Shown: in pieces, positions 1-13,390 of the stretch
Numbering within the stretch: the first letter of the stretch is position 1
How the letters are laid out: each line of letters begins with the position of its first letter
NCBI GenBank assembly: GCA_002269645.1
Contig: NIVC01000551.1
Coordinates: 248,001 to 312,000 of the forward strand
Length of the DNA: 64,000 nt
Source: Macrostomum lignano
Taxonomy: Eukaryota
Reading direction: 5' to 3'
Program-made: the position numbers and the translations under genes
The notes under the pieces: generated by a model
Told to the model about the DNA's origin: nothing
Database searches by the model: none
What the model saw: the letters and a program-made list of their open reading frames with translations, nothing else

Positions 1-164
1 ATTTTAGCAAGCAAGCAAGATATTCTTCTTCGTGCTGACCATCAAGCAAATTTAGCTTGTCTAAGACAGCAGCGCTAGGCAAGCACGCTGAGCCGCCTCT
101 CTGCTTTGCGTCGACTCATGCATCACCGCTCCAGAAAGCCATATTAGTTGGTAAGAGAACAGTC

Positions 165-503
165 CTGTTTTGCGAGTACGACAACGAAGATGCTCAGCAT
201 TTCGTCTGTCAATGCCCGTTCTTCACCAGGGAGCGGCTAAACCACCTCGGTCCAAACCCATCTATCGATGATGTTTGTAGACCCTAGAACATCTCACGGC
301 TCGTCCGGTTCCTTCGGGCAACTAGACGAGCCTCTTTCTTCCCGAATGAAGAAAACGCTGCAGGACGTACTGGCGGACCGCCCTGACTGGCCCCGCACCA
401 TTGCCGAAGCGGGCGGGACACCAGGGTTTAAGTAGCGGAATGGGCGACTCTCGCCTCCCCTCTGCGTCTTCGGACTGCCCTGCAGTTAAGTCCAGTAAGT
501 AAG
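165..503 (+). mobile_element. 5'-truncated 3' end of LOA/R1-like non-LTR retrotransposon
   Basis: Encodes CEYDNEDAQHFVCQCPFF, nearly identical to the C-terminal CCHC-type motif of the element at 62200-62430. Shares the 3' UTR and ends in a TAAG-type tail. Confidence 0.85.
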
Positions 504-1525
504 TCAGAGCAGTCCTCAAGCATTCAGTCAAGCATCAAATCTCCCTGAAACAGCCCAGAGGATGTCTCGAATAGGTCTCATATGTCGTTCAGTGTTGCCA
601 GGACAGTTTTCGTGTCACTTTTCATTGGTGTGAAAGGTGCTCTAGAACGTTTTACGCACGGAGCTCCTTCTGGAGCACTGCCCTGACGATGGAGTCGAAT
701 TCCTGGGTGAAATTTATAAAAATAACAATCGTAGGATCGACTGGTGTATCCGCGCCTCCTCGATGACTCGAAAAAGAGCCAGGATCTGTGCCATTGTGCC
801 GCGATGGTGCCGGAACCCGTTTTGTTGAGGGCACTTGTGCGGATCCAGCAGGGGCTGCAACCGCGATGGTTGCGAAACAGTGCAGAAACGAAGACAGATG
901 ACTCGTGTCTCTATATAAGTAAAGTAACACTGTTCGTTTCTTGACTTGTGCTCATAGATTGCAGCTACTTTATACAGATACTACTGCTTGAATTTCTAAA
1001 GTAGTGTATAAATATATACGCTCGAAAAGCGATAAAAAGCGATAAAGATTGGAATTAGCAGCTACAGTGGCTAAGAGCAGTTGGTTAGAAAACTACCAAC
1101 CCAAGGAGTTGTGGACGATAGGTGGTACAATAAAAGGACGACGCAAATGCGCAATACGAGCTAGTACTTGCCGCGTTCTATTTAGCCCTCGCGTTTAGGC
1201 TATATTTAGATCTGGGGAAGTACCTGATTTGGATTCTCCAGCAGTAACTCGTACTAAACTGCTCTTTACGCAATTGAGAAGGATATAAATCTTCTACGTG
1301 ATTTTGTAGACCTTAAAAGATGTGTGCTGTAAATGCCTCAACAATGTGACTGCTGATTGTACGCTCGTATGTCACATTAAGTTAAGAAAGTTATCTTTCC
1401 AGCAATTAATTTTTGTCATAATAACCATGCGTATGATGTCATGGAGCTTGATCAAGAGCAAAAATTATCAATAACCTTTTACGTGCTAATTCTTCTCTAC
1501 TTAACGGTTCCGAGGATAGATAAAA

Positions 1526-1691
1526 ATGGGATGCTTTTCCCTTGATTTCCCGCAATTTTCGGTAACGATACATTACTTACAAGAGGTCACTAAAAACCAG
1601 GCGGCATTGATAAAAGTGGAAGCAAGACTGAGAGTCAGGAGGAGGACAAAGACAGGTGTTGTAAAGATCCAGCCAAATGTGAGCTGTGCAT
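1526..1691 (+). pseudogene. Degenerate Cys-module paralog (E-like exon)
   Basis: RCCKDPAKCELC followed by a phase-2 GTAAGA donor at 1692, similar to [11 protein letters not shown] at 7329-7363. In-frame TAA at 1591 and no in-frame ATG; upstream MGCFS start is in another frame. Confidence 0.45.
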
Positions 1692-2488
1692 GTAAGACTT
1701 TGTTTGTCTGTTTTACTATCTGATTTAACATTACGAGCGTATTTTGATTTTGACCTTGTATTCAGCGTGATCATGGTGACTTTGCTTTAGTAATTCTCTA
1801 GAATTCTAATATCACCGTGTCGACGAGTTTTCACCTTGAGAGGCTGGTTTCTTAGAAACGGCCGCAGGTAAGATTTAGATGAAAAGCCGTAAATTAGCCG
1901 TGTGGTCACTCTTTCAAACGCCATTCGCTGGATTTACAAGCTAGGACCATGATTTCCAATTTTCATACCTGTCTTTATTATTCTTGGCTCATTATTCAAT
2001 ATCAAAGTTTTGTTTAAACTATGCTAAATGGATCCCAATTGATTTGATCGGTGATTTCATCACAAGAAATTTTTTTAACATGTTTATTCAGTTATTCAGC
2101 GACTTTCCCTGGCTACTCAACGGGCAAGGTTTTAAATACAAGCATGCAAGGGGTTTGGACTAAATTACATTATTAATAAACTAAGCTTAAACTCAACTTT
2201 ATAGATAAAAGTCAGTCCGAGTCCGAGATTTGTCGTTTGCCGTTCGATTATTCACCAAATTTACAAAAACTGGAGTTATTTTGATGCCATATGATTATTA
2301 TTCAGGATTGCCAATTTCAAGACTTTGGCGCACACTTCTAATCCAGTGTAAATTCCCGGATAGCGTGCACTGCAGCGCTTGCAGTCTATAAAAGTACATT
2401 CGCAGTTCTGTACGCGTAGATGCAATACGAATTATTCTAGCTCTGTAAAGAATTTTTACGCCTTCACGGTGGGGTTGTTGCAAAGTCT

Positions 2489-2680
2489 AGTAAGCTCATG
2501 TGCTGCTGTCCAGAGGGACTAATAGGAACTGCCACTTGGCGGGTTGCCAGGAACTCAAAAAGGTCAAAAACTTGTTCGCTGGTATCCTCATGCTGTTGAA
2601 AATCAAAGACGTCCCACAGACTTCTACAGAACAACACCTATTGCTGTTCTCAATTGCAACATCTTTAGTGAACTACTTAT
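2489..2680 (+). pseudogene. Possible decayed Cys-module paralog
   Basis: MCCCPEG start plus TATCCTCATGCTGTTG, which resembles the YPHCCC exon of the 43.7-kb gene with a 1-nt loss and a stop. Confidence 0.25.
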
Positions 2681-3188
2681 TCAAAATTATCAATCTGAAT
2701 GTATTACTCAATTCAATCCAACTCAATTTAAGATGGCTTTCGCTGAATTCCTAAATTCGACTTAGCTTGTACAAGGTTCTACTCCAATTCTCTCGCCCTC
2801 TCGAGTTTTCTATTCTCAAATCATTCTTTTCGTCCAACTATATGTTCAGCTATCATGCGAGTGCTAAATTAGGTTTTATTCAGCTAATGTATATTTTCAA
2901 CAAACTTTAGGCAAAAAATCAGTATTTGAGTCACTGGCGTCATGCATGCAATTATCTCGTTGATGGAAAGCAGTTTTGATGTACTTCGTACATCTACTCC
3001 GCTGAAGAGTAACCAAATTCGAACTCAAGCATAGCCCTTCGCTTACTGAGCTCGTCTAAGATTGATGAGGTACTACCTGTCATAAATATGCATTAAGGCA
3101 GCTATCAACTATTTACGAGTAGATCTATGGCCTTTTTCAACACTGTATTGTCCTGTATTTTATTGAAATTCATGCAGAGTCAACCATC

Positions 3189-4192
3189 ATGAATCAGTGT
3201 TGTCATAAACCTTTTTGTGGGATCTGCATTCAAATGTGAGTGAAGTAAATTGATAATGCTGCCATTATTTTGACACTTCTGGTTGATCTAACTACGAGCC
3301 TCTACGTAGCCTCTCAGCCTTCGACTGACGTGCCTGAGAGCTCAGAAATCAATTTTTGAGAGCTCTGGACTCCCACAACTACCAGATAGTCAGTGATAGT
3401 CAGTATCCTCACAGGTAGTTTATGTAGCATTTTCTGCTCAGGTTAATCCTATGAGCTTTTAACTGATCATAGTTAGAAAATTCAAGCTTGAAAATCGACA
3501 AAAACTTTAGTCTATGGGCTCATAGACTCATGCCCATCAAGCCAGCCATCAATCAGATCATCTAAGTATGACTGAATTTTAACTTCGATCCTGATGTTGA
3601 TGCTGATGATAAGATCGAGCTGATGCGTTAGGGGAAGAGCTGATGGAGAGCTGGATGAATAAACTCCATGTCCATTAGCCTTGTAAGTGTCTAGCTGGTC
3701 ATCTACGGTCATTTATGGTCATCCATTGTCATCTAAGAGTAAGAGTAATTTAAGAGTAGAGTCAGAAGCTTGTAAATTAGCTCATAAATCATGATGGCGC
3801 GTCAAAACATGATGCGATGAAAAAGCATTGATAATTCAAAAAAGATCCCAATAAAAAGAGGCGCTCAATTCTCTTATTTCCTTAATTTGAATTTTTGCGC
3901 TGTTTTAGGAAGCTGTCAGGAGGATGCTGCGCTCATCCAGGCGGCAAGTGTGTCTTTATTTACTATTGAACACGTTTGATTACGTAAGCAGTTGCAATTG
4001 CTGACGCAATTTTCCTCTCTACATTTTCTTTCTTTTAGTGGCTGTCGCGGCAAGAGTGTAGCAACAAGCATTGTTGCTGCTGGTGGCGCTGGAGCTGCTG
4101 TTGGTGCAGCGGCTGTTGCTGCTGCGCCTATAGTGATAGCCGGTGGAGCTGTGGTTGCTGGCATCGCCTGCATAGCTAAATTGTTTTACTAG
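3189..4192 (+). CDS. Cys-module mini-gene D1 with Gly/Ala hydrophobic tail (79 aa)
   Basis: Exons 3189-3235, 3909-3947, 4039-4192; GT-AG introns, both phase 2. MNQCCHKPFCGICIQMKLSGGCCAHPGGNGCRGKSVATSIVAAGGAGAAVGAAAVAAAPIVIAGGAVVAGIACIAKLFY. Confidence 0.75.
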
Positions 4193-4261
4193 GCTGATGT
4201 AAAGCCAACTGACTTAAATATTAAAAAAAACTCCTTTTGGTAACTGTGCTCGAACTCTACA

Positions 4262-4492
4262 AATAATATTCATAGATTGCGTCAGATTTGTGCTCCCGAC
4301 AGCTCAGTCGAGGGCTGCGTACGGCTGTTCAGTCCACTAGCACTAGCACCCATTTTACAGTTACGAGCTATGTGAACTGAAGCACTGCAGGGTAAATTGC
4401 CTTGCTCAGGGTCACAAATTGGTTTGTGTATCGAACCCCTGACCTTTGAGTCGTGAGTCCGACCCTCTAACCACTCTAGGCTACAACCCTAC
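4262..4492 (-). mobile_element. tRNA-derived CORE-type SINE
   Basis: Reverse complement has a tRNA-like head (TAGCCTAGAGTGG...GGTTCGAT) and a CORE-like block (GTGACCCTGAGCAAGGCA...CTGTAAAATGGG). Homologous to 50232-50546. Confidence 0.75.
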
Positions 4493-5018
4493 GATTTACT
4501 CTTAAATCTACTGTTTCAAATTAACCGAATTCCGAAGTATTTTTGTATCAACTATTAATATGTATAAATATTTATTCCGAATGCCTCCGAAAGGATTTTT
4601 GATGGCATCATCGTTTGTTAATGACTTTTTTTATCCTATTCTAACATTAAAACACTGACTTTAGTTAAAGATTTACGAGCAGCATATACCGAACAGACAC
4701 CGCTCATGAACTGGTCGCGTAGATTACCGGTTGGAATGCTAAAAAGTCGACAAAATTGTCGCCACACGATAATGGATTGGAAAATCAGGTAGTTCTTCAT
4801 GCAAGTTTTTCAATCGAAATGTCTTCTGGCATGTATTTTGTGCAAGACCGATGGATGCGGTACAACCTGCATGTACTGCCGTGTTTTCACCAATATTGAC
4901 TTCATTTAAAGAATCCTGGACCCAGCTTTGCTATGCTATTCGACCAAAGTGTTGGTGATTTGATTTCTCTACAGCGGGCGAGGGCTTCTGACAAACCACA
5001 AATAAATTCTTCAACACC

Positions 5019-5615
5019 ATGGGCCCAGTTTCTTCCCAATGCTGTCAAAAGAAAGATTGTGTCGAATGCAAGAGTGTGTAAGCATTTTTATTCATAACTG
5101 TTAATTGGCTTTTTAGGTACGCGGCAAGGAAGCCTCTGTGTTCGTTTCTCTCCTCAAGAAGCGACACTCAAAAGAATTCCTACTCGCCTTGCATGGTTTC
5201 GATATTAAGTTATAGAAATATCTACTCGCGCTAGCAACCTCCCTAGAGTGGGACTGGATCCTCTCTGGTTCCATTGACCCTGTCATGCCTCTGTAAAGCA
5301 GTTCTTTAACGTTTTGACAATTTTAGAAGAGACAACTGCAAAGGCTGCCGTGACGGATGCTGCGTACACCCGAGCGGCACGTAAGTCGCATTGTTTATCT
5401 GCGCAGAATCGCCAGCCCGAAGCTCTTTTCCCTAAATGCACACAGTTACTCATTTCAGAGGCTGCAAACCCGCTACAGACGATGTTGAATGTACAATGCT
5501 GTCGGCCATTGCTGGCGATGCTACCATAGATCCTGGAGTTCCAATCGAAGAGCCAAATCTAGCGAGCAGCCGTGGAGCGGATAATGCAGCTGACATCAGC
5601 ATCGATTTTATCTAG
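5019..5615 (+). CDS. Cys-module mini-gene D2 with acidic tail (89 aa)
   Basis: Exons 5019-5077, 5327-5380, 5459-5615, both introns phase 2. MGPVSSQCCQKKDCVECKSVRDNCKGCRDGCCVHPSGTGCKPATDDVECTMLSAIAGDATIDPGVPIEEPNLASSRGADNAADISIDFI. Shares GCC-x-HP-x-G-x-GC with D1. A competing AG near 5117 makes the first junction less certain. Confidence 0.65.
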
Positions 5616-5886
5616 CTGTGATCTTCGGGTCATTCTCAATGTCAGCAAAAGCTGACTGCTGACATATTTATACTTTTATATAAACTATCAATTCCTAAAC
5701 AATATCTACATTTTGTTTTATTCAGAACAAATATTTTTAATAGCAAACGCTCAAAAACTAAGGTACTGGAAAATAGGTAAGGCTAACAAAATTAGAACCC
5801 ACGCATGTGCTATTTTTGGCCACATGGAAGTTTCCTGTTCTTAGCTTATACACTTTCTATCTTATGTGTACACGCACTGTAAGTGA

Positions 5887-6009
5887 CATTGTCACACAAC
5901 CGGTGAGAGACATTACTGCTCATTCCGCTGACTCCCCTGAGCAGGCACACAAGCGCGCGGATACGTACGCAGTCATACGTACAGGCAAACACACACACAG
6001 GAGTGCACA
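5887..6009 (+). repeat. Dispersed ~125-bp repeat
   Basis: Homologous in inverted orientation to ~63178-63299 (CTCCCCTGAGCAGGCACACA...GCGCGCGGATAC). Confidence 0.7.
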
Positions 6010-6384
6010 GCGGCCCAGTGCACCAGTAAACCCAAACCTTGACTTGAATTTGGCCCAAAATTTCTTGAATTTGACTTGACTTACACGTCACTGGCAGAGT
6101 ACAAGTGCCTTCTTTGATAAAAAAACATTTTCTTTTTACATTTTTTTGAAAAAGTAATCAAAGTCTTCCTATCGAGTCCTTGAGTTGCGGTATCCATATA
6201 TATCATGTAGCTGGAAATTTTCTCTTTTTATGACCATATTATCTACAATATATTTGAAATAACAATGAATAAGCTAACAACTCTACGCTCGTAAACTCCT
6301 TTTGTCCATAAACAGTAAGCAATAGGCAGAAAGTTTGTTTGAAACACAAATGTGTCAAGATCAGAGTCAAGATAAAAAATATTT

Positions 6385-6612
6385 AGGATCAGAGAGAGTC
6401 GGGATCAGAGAGAGTCGGGATCAGAGAGAGTCGGGATCAGAGAGAGTCGGGATCAGAGAGAGTCGGGATCAGAGAGAGTCGGCATCAGAGAGAGTCGGCA
6501 TCAGAGAGTCATGATCAGAGAGTCATGATCAGAGAGTCAGGATCAGAGAGTCAGGATCAGAGAGTCAGGATCAGAGAGTCAGGATCAGAGAGTCAGGATC
6601 AGAGAGTCAGGA
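6385..6612 (+). repeat. GAGAGTCAGGATCA 14-16-bp satellite
   Basis: Direct tandem units visible. Confidence 0.95.
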
Positions 6613-6839
6613 TCCAAGTCAGTATTTTCAATCTCATAAAACTCTACAAGTGTATTCTCTATTCAATCAGCATTCAGATGCAGCATTTGTTCTCACTAAT
6701 ACCGAAATAATTATTACCAAAACTGATTGTTGACTCGGAAGTTTCGTGAGTACCAAAAATAGCACCCGATTGCTGTACATGCACGAGACATGAGGAACCG
6801 AAATCCTTTTCACTAGTCCAGGAACAGATAGCGTGTGGT

Positions 6840-6849
6840 CTATTTTTAG
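6840..6849 (+). promoter_or_regulatory. MEF2-consensus site CTATTTTTAG
   Basis: Matches CTA(A/T)4TAG ~430 bp upstream of the E1 ATG; conserved at 24073-24082 in the paralogous block. Confidence 0.4.
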
Positions 6850-7274
6850 CTCGTAGACAGTGGAAACTACCCACCTAATTTCTGGATTCTCCCAAATCAC
6901 TAGTAACAGTAGAATGCCACCAAAGCGGTACTTCTGAGGCATTCTAGTGCCAAATAACATGACGTTAAGGTCTTGATGGCGTAATGTCTGAAAAAAAGAG
7001 TTAGAATATGCATGGGGCAAGTAAGCTCGTGATTAATGTCATTTTCATAGATTACAGAAGCAGAAAAGCGTCAGAGTTAATAATGATAATAACTAACAAA
7101 TATCAAAATCAAACCATGACTCTGATATGCATTTAGAATGGGGTACTGCACTGATCCCTTTCTATACATAATACAATATGCTCGACTGTAGGTAGCTATG
7201 AAGAAGTTATTGGACAAATTTGATCACATCAAGTTTAATATCGAATTTAGTAAGCTTATTTTCAATAAGAAAGC

Positions 7275-8509
<1,235 letters not shown>

Positions 8510-9759
8510 ACATTGGCACAGGGGTCTAGCTAGATACTGCATTGAGAGACTGCAATTAATTGAGTTGGCCCGAGTAGTGACAACACCTTCACCCATCAAC
8601 AGTCCAATAGCGGCAATCATGTTTTAAAGCCGATTCTTTATTCCGAATATATATGACTGCGAGCAAATTTGAGTTTCTTGAGTAATGGCTCGTAAAAATT
8701 CAAGTTTTTTGAAGTCATTGTTCACTAGGATTTTAATACCACCTTTATGTGCTCTTTTTGAAAATTATCAAACTTGTTTTTCACCTACTCATTAATTGGT
8801 GTTTTTGTTTTTTTTATTTTTTTATTAGAGGCGGGGGTTGTGTGCACCCTGGCGGCCTCATTAAAAATTCAAAAATGTAATCTGTGTGCCGAAACCAGTT
8901 GAAAATAAATGCAAAAGAAATCATCATCCCCACAAGTCTATGTATTGTACTCGTAGTCCTGGTTACTATACGAGATACGCTGCATGTACGAGTATTACAA
9001 GGTTATAGCTGACCACAATAAACTGGGAAGACCTCAACGCCTGATCTATACTTAGCACCGGCGTTGGATTCTATATGTACGAGCGTAGATTTACCTCGCT
9101 GCGGACAAGCCATAGTGGAACTTAGCTCGTACATTAGTTAGCTACATGGACAGATTTACACTATGTACAAGCGTACATCCGTTTTATTACTTTCAATCTA
9201 GTATATTTCGCCGTCTAACTCTGTACGAGTATACTATTTCGTAGTTGAAGTACGCTAAAGCATTGTTGAATCGTAAAGCACTTTCTACAAGATGATTCAG
9301 TTGTATCGTTAAAGATAGCAGCATTTGGTTAAGATTCTTGAGTGTATCCTTGCTACAATCAAACTTTTATTGTCATCAACTTTCAGTTGTTAATTACCAA
9401 CCAACGGACAAAACTATTGATAGCAGATATTACTCGATCTCTGATTTGAATTGATGTGTTTACTTTCATAGGCTGTGATTTGTACATATACGGAACGGAG
9501 TAAGTTTTGGTGTAAGGTACGAGTAGGGTCAAGGTGGACAGAATACATGCTTTTAAAATCCCGTAGGTAGAATGGATGAGATCTGTGCTGAGAACGGGAT
9601 ATATCTGTTTATTATAGATTCTAACAATGACGTCTACATGTACAGATCGATGATGGAATTAATGAGGCACAGCCTCTGACTAGGCGTTCATATTATTTGT
9701 GGTAATCGATTTCTGTAATTTCTTTTAAAACTGACAACTCGCGCTGACACCATGCTACC

Positions 9760-9907
9760 CCATGAGGGGTATTTTCTGCCCCTCGTTGTTGGTGAGTACG
9801 CAACTCAGTAATTACTTTGACTCTCAGCAGTCACTATCAACTATGTTGTAGCGTAATTTGTTGATAAGATTGCTTGGAGCGAAGGAAGGTGCTGCTGCAA
9901 GCACTGA
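9760..9907 (+). pseudogene. A-type mini-gene A1, disabled
   Basis: Lacks the ATG-containing segment found in A2; 1-nt shift before the GTGAGT donor at 9792; acceptor AG displaced. Still encodes IAWSEGRCCCKH*. Confidence 0.65.
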
Positions 9908-10086
9908 TCAGAATATTCCGCCGCTACTGTGACCGCTTCTAACGTCTTTTGAAGTCTATTGAACATTGTTTATCAAAATTTATCCATAACTGACATTTTC
10001 AAATCTTAGCTAAAAAAATCCAATCGTTTTAGGTACAAAAAATATTTTTTAATTTTAAAACATTGTTTTAAAACATTACTTAAATA

Positions 10087-10432
10087 GTCAGTCAGTCAGT
10101 TAGTCAGTCAGTCAGTCAGTCAGTCAGTCAGTCAGTCAGTCACCCACTCACTCAAGTCAGTCAGTCAGTCACCCACTCACTCAAGTCAGTCAGTCAGTCA
10201 GTCACCCACTCACTCAAGTCAGTCAGTCAGTCAGTCACCCACTCACTCAAGTCAGTCAGTCAGTCAGTCAGTCAGTCAGACAGTCAGTCAGTCAGTCACC
10301 CACTCACTCAAGTCAGTCAGTCAGTCAGTCAGTCAGTCAGTCAGTCAGTCAGTCAGTCAGTCAGTCAGTCAGTCAGTCAGTCAGTCAGTCACCCACTCAC
10401 TTACTCAAGGCATGCAGTCAGTCAGTCAGTCA
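10087..10432 (+). repeat. (TCAG)n with ACCCACTCACTCAAG variants
   Basis: Direct tandem units. Confidence 0.95.
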
Positions 10433-10454
10433 TTATTTTTCGTACACTACTAAG

Positions 10455-10593
10455 ACAGGCCAGGAGAGCCGGAAGTTGCTGCTGCGTACATATTAATTAT
10501 TGGCGAAGAAGTATTCATCAGATTTTGATGGTTTCTGCTGTAGCAGTAAGCTGTAGCAGCTGCTGCTGTAAAATTTCCAATCGTTTTAGGTAA
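10455..10593 (+). pseudogene. Orphan T-type exon 2 (T1)
   Basis: QARRAGSCCCVHINYWRRSIHQILMVSAVAVSCSSCCCKISNRFR* after a phase-2 acceptor. No matching exon 1 found; 3' part duplicates 10010-10090. Confidence 0.6.
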
Positions 10594-11471
10594 AAAAAAT
10601 ATTTTTAACATTTTAAAACATCTTTCTAAAACATTACTTAAATAGTCAGTCACCCACTCACTCAAGTCGGTCAGTCAGTCAGTCAGTCAGTCACTCAAGT
10701 ACATATAAATGATGTTTCGATAGATACAAAAGATACGCTGCATGCTCTCACAGACTACAAACTGGCAAGTACCTCATAGCTGATCTATACTGAGCGCAGG
10801 CGTTTGGTTCTGTTTTAGTTCAACGTTTTCGGTTTTCGCTGCGTACTACAGCTACATGTACGCTACAGCTAGAATATTAGCTAGCTATACAATGGACAGG
10901 AGACATATATACTAAAATGTACATTGATAGCTGTACTGTGCATTGTACAACTGGTTGATAGGATTTCCAATCTAGTCTAGTCAACAGCTCTACTCAACGC
11001 CTCACTATGTAGAAATACCAATTTGTAATATTAGTATATTGCATTTGTTTTATAGGGTACGTTGAAGTATTGTTGAATCGTTAAGGCACTTCCTGCAAGA
11101 GGATTTATGATTGTAACTTTGCTACTAGCACTTTTATGTAATTAATTTTTAGGCCTTAATTGCAATCAACAGCCAGACTAGCACAGATACTCGATTCGAT
11201 ATCTGATTTGAGTCGATTCGCCCAGATGCAGAGCAAATTCCAGTGTAAGGTGCGATTAGAGGACAGATGGTTAGTCAGAAGAATGGATGAGATCTCTGTT
11301 TAGAACAGGGTAGATCCATTTGGAATAGAAGGTTCTGGCGTTACAAAACTGCAATGACGTCTGCATGGGCAGATGATGCATTTAATGAAGCACAGCCTCC
11401 GAGTGGGCTTTTTTATTTTTGTGTATCTTTTTCTCTAATCTATTTTAAAACTCACATCTCGCACTGACACT

Positions 11472-11635
11472 ATGGCGTCACCATGCTGCTCTTGGTATTA
11501 TTTATGCCTTCGTTGTTGGTAAGTACAGAAGTCAGCAATTCCATTTACTCTCAGCTGACAGTATCGACCAAATTTTAATCGCAATGTGTTTATAGGATTG
11601 CTTGGAGCCAAGGAAGGTGTTGCTGTAGGCACTGA
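11472..11635 (+). CDS. A-type ultra-short Cys peptide A2 (28 aa)
   Basis: Exons 11472-11518 and 11596-11635, GTAAGT...TTTATAG, phase 2. MASPCCSWYYLCLRCWIAWSQGRCCCRH. Confidence 0.7.
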
Positions 11636-11859
11636 GCAGCATTTGAGCAGCATTGCTGCTGCTGCCAGTGCCACTGCCGCCACTGTGACCGCTTCTTACT
11701 CTGAAGTCGATTGAACAATGTTTGGAACGATAATTTATTGCTATACTCGTATTTATCTTTTACATCTTGGCTCAAAATTATTTTCTTTAATTTTTTGTTT
11801 TTAGAACGGAAATTTTGTTTTTAATTTAAAATTTTAACATTTCTTTAACTGTTTTTCAA

Positions 11860-12330
11860 AAGATCAATTACATGTAAATCCCTTTTTTAATACGAGCTAC
11901 ATTTGTTTTTATTGCCTGCTTAAATAAAAAAGGTTTTATGTGACGCACCAAACAGTTCATTCCAGCTATCAGAAAACAAAGTACATGTATCGGCATTCGT
12001 TCTTTATGTTTGGTAGCCTGAGAGTATAGGAACTCGTGGAATTGGAGATGGATTGTGGGGCCGCAACCGTCATTTCTCACTCAAACGAGGCCTCTGCGCT
12101 TCGGATGTCTATCGAAGTAAAACATGAGAGAACTTGAACTCTATGATTTCCATACGTTCAGACGAGAATGGTCCTATGTAAAGGATCGTTGCGATAATTT
12201 TAACCTTCCAATCATTACGACAACAGATCTCTACCACTCACACTGCAAAAAGAGAGCAATAATATGCGTATTGGCCTCAGTCGAAAAAGCTGGTTGACAA
12301 GAAAACAGTATTTTTGCAGAGTTGCTACTG
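11860..12330 (+). pseudogene. B-type degenerate paralogous block B1
   Basis: Homologous to 16335-16960 and 33765-34290. Contains TATCGAAG, as at the end of exon 2 of the 46.8-kb gene. No intact frame. Confidence 0.35.
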
Positions 12331-12424
12331 TCAATAGCGTGAAAAATTCATAAAAAACAAGTCTGTCCTGCAATAATCGTTCGTTTGCTCACTCCAAATC
12401 CTAATTTTAAATCCTAAAGGTCCG

Positions 12425-13002
12425 GATCAGAAAGAGAGTCAAGATCAGAGAGTCAGATCAGAGAGTCAGGATCAGAGAGAGTCAAGACCAGAGAGTCAGG
12501 ATCAGAGAGAATCAGGATTAGAGAGTCAGGATCAGAGAGTCAGGATCAGAGAGTCAGGATCAGAGAGTCAGGATCATCAAAGAGTCAGGATCAGAGAGTC
12601 AAGATCGTCAGTCAGAGAGTCAGGATCAGAGAGTCAGGATCAGAGAGTCAGGATCAGAAAGAGTCAAAATCAGAGAGTCAGGATCAGAGAGAGTCAGGAT
12701 TAGAGAGTCAAGATCGTCAGTCAGAGAGTCAGGATCAGAGAGTCAGGATCAGAGAGTCAGGATCAGAGAGTCAGGATCAGAGAGTCAGGATCATCGCAGA
12801 GTCAGGATCAGAGAGTCAGGATCAGAGAGTCAGGATCAGAGAGTCAGGATCAGAGAGTCAGGATTAGAGAGTCAGGATCAGAGAGTCAGGATCAGAGAGT
12901 CAGGATCAGAGAGAGTCAGGATCAGAGAGTCAGGATCAGAGAGTCAGGATCAGAGATTCAGAATCAGAGAGTCAGGATTAGAGAGTCAGGATCAGAGAGT
13001 CA
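12425..13002 (+). repeat. GAGAGTCAGGATCA satellite
   Basis: Direct tandem units. Confidence 0.97.
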
Positions 13003-13390
13003 CTTTTTGCGTTCGTGATTGTTTTGAATTCATAGTTTCAATTTTTTGAAGGCGATACCAAGTCGAGGGTGTGGCAACCAATGAAATGAAAAGCATTAAG
13101 TCTATCTGACCCATATCTTCCCCGGCTCAGTATACCAGTAACACAGTCTATCTTCTAGGCTCGTACGCTCGAACATGTACTGTACTACCTTAAGTACTGC
13201 CTTTTTCTGAGGACGGTTCTGCGTGAGGCTATTTCTGTCCGAAACGTTATGAACAAGAATATCGAGATTTTTCAGAGATGGTTTGCAACATAAAGGTTAC
13301 GGTGGGCCAATGTGGTTTATCAAATTATCAAAGGAGTTCCAAATTTTTACATGTCAGTTTAAACGTGTAAATGTAAAGAACAAAGAGCAA

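Noticed and set aside
652-944. ORFs 652-930(-) and 744-944(+) as genes
   Set aside because: No recognisable motif or paralog support; at most a decayed Cys-rich remnant in another frame.
11596-11715. Alternative + frame LLGAKEGAAAGT for A-type exon 2
   Set aside because: Requires a phase-1 junction, and its upstream frame has a stop in A5; the Cys frame is intact in three copies.
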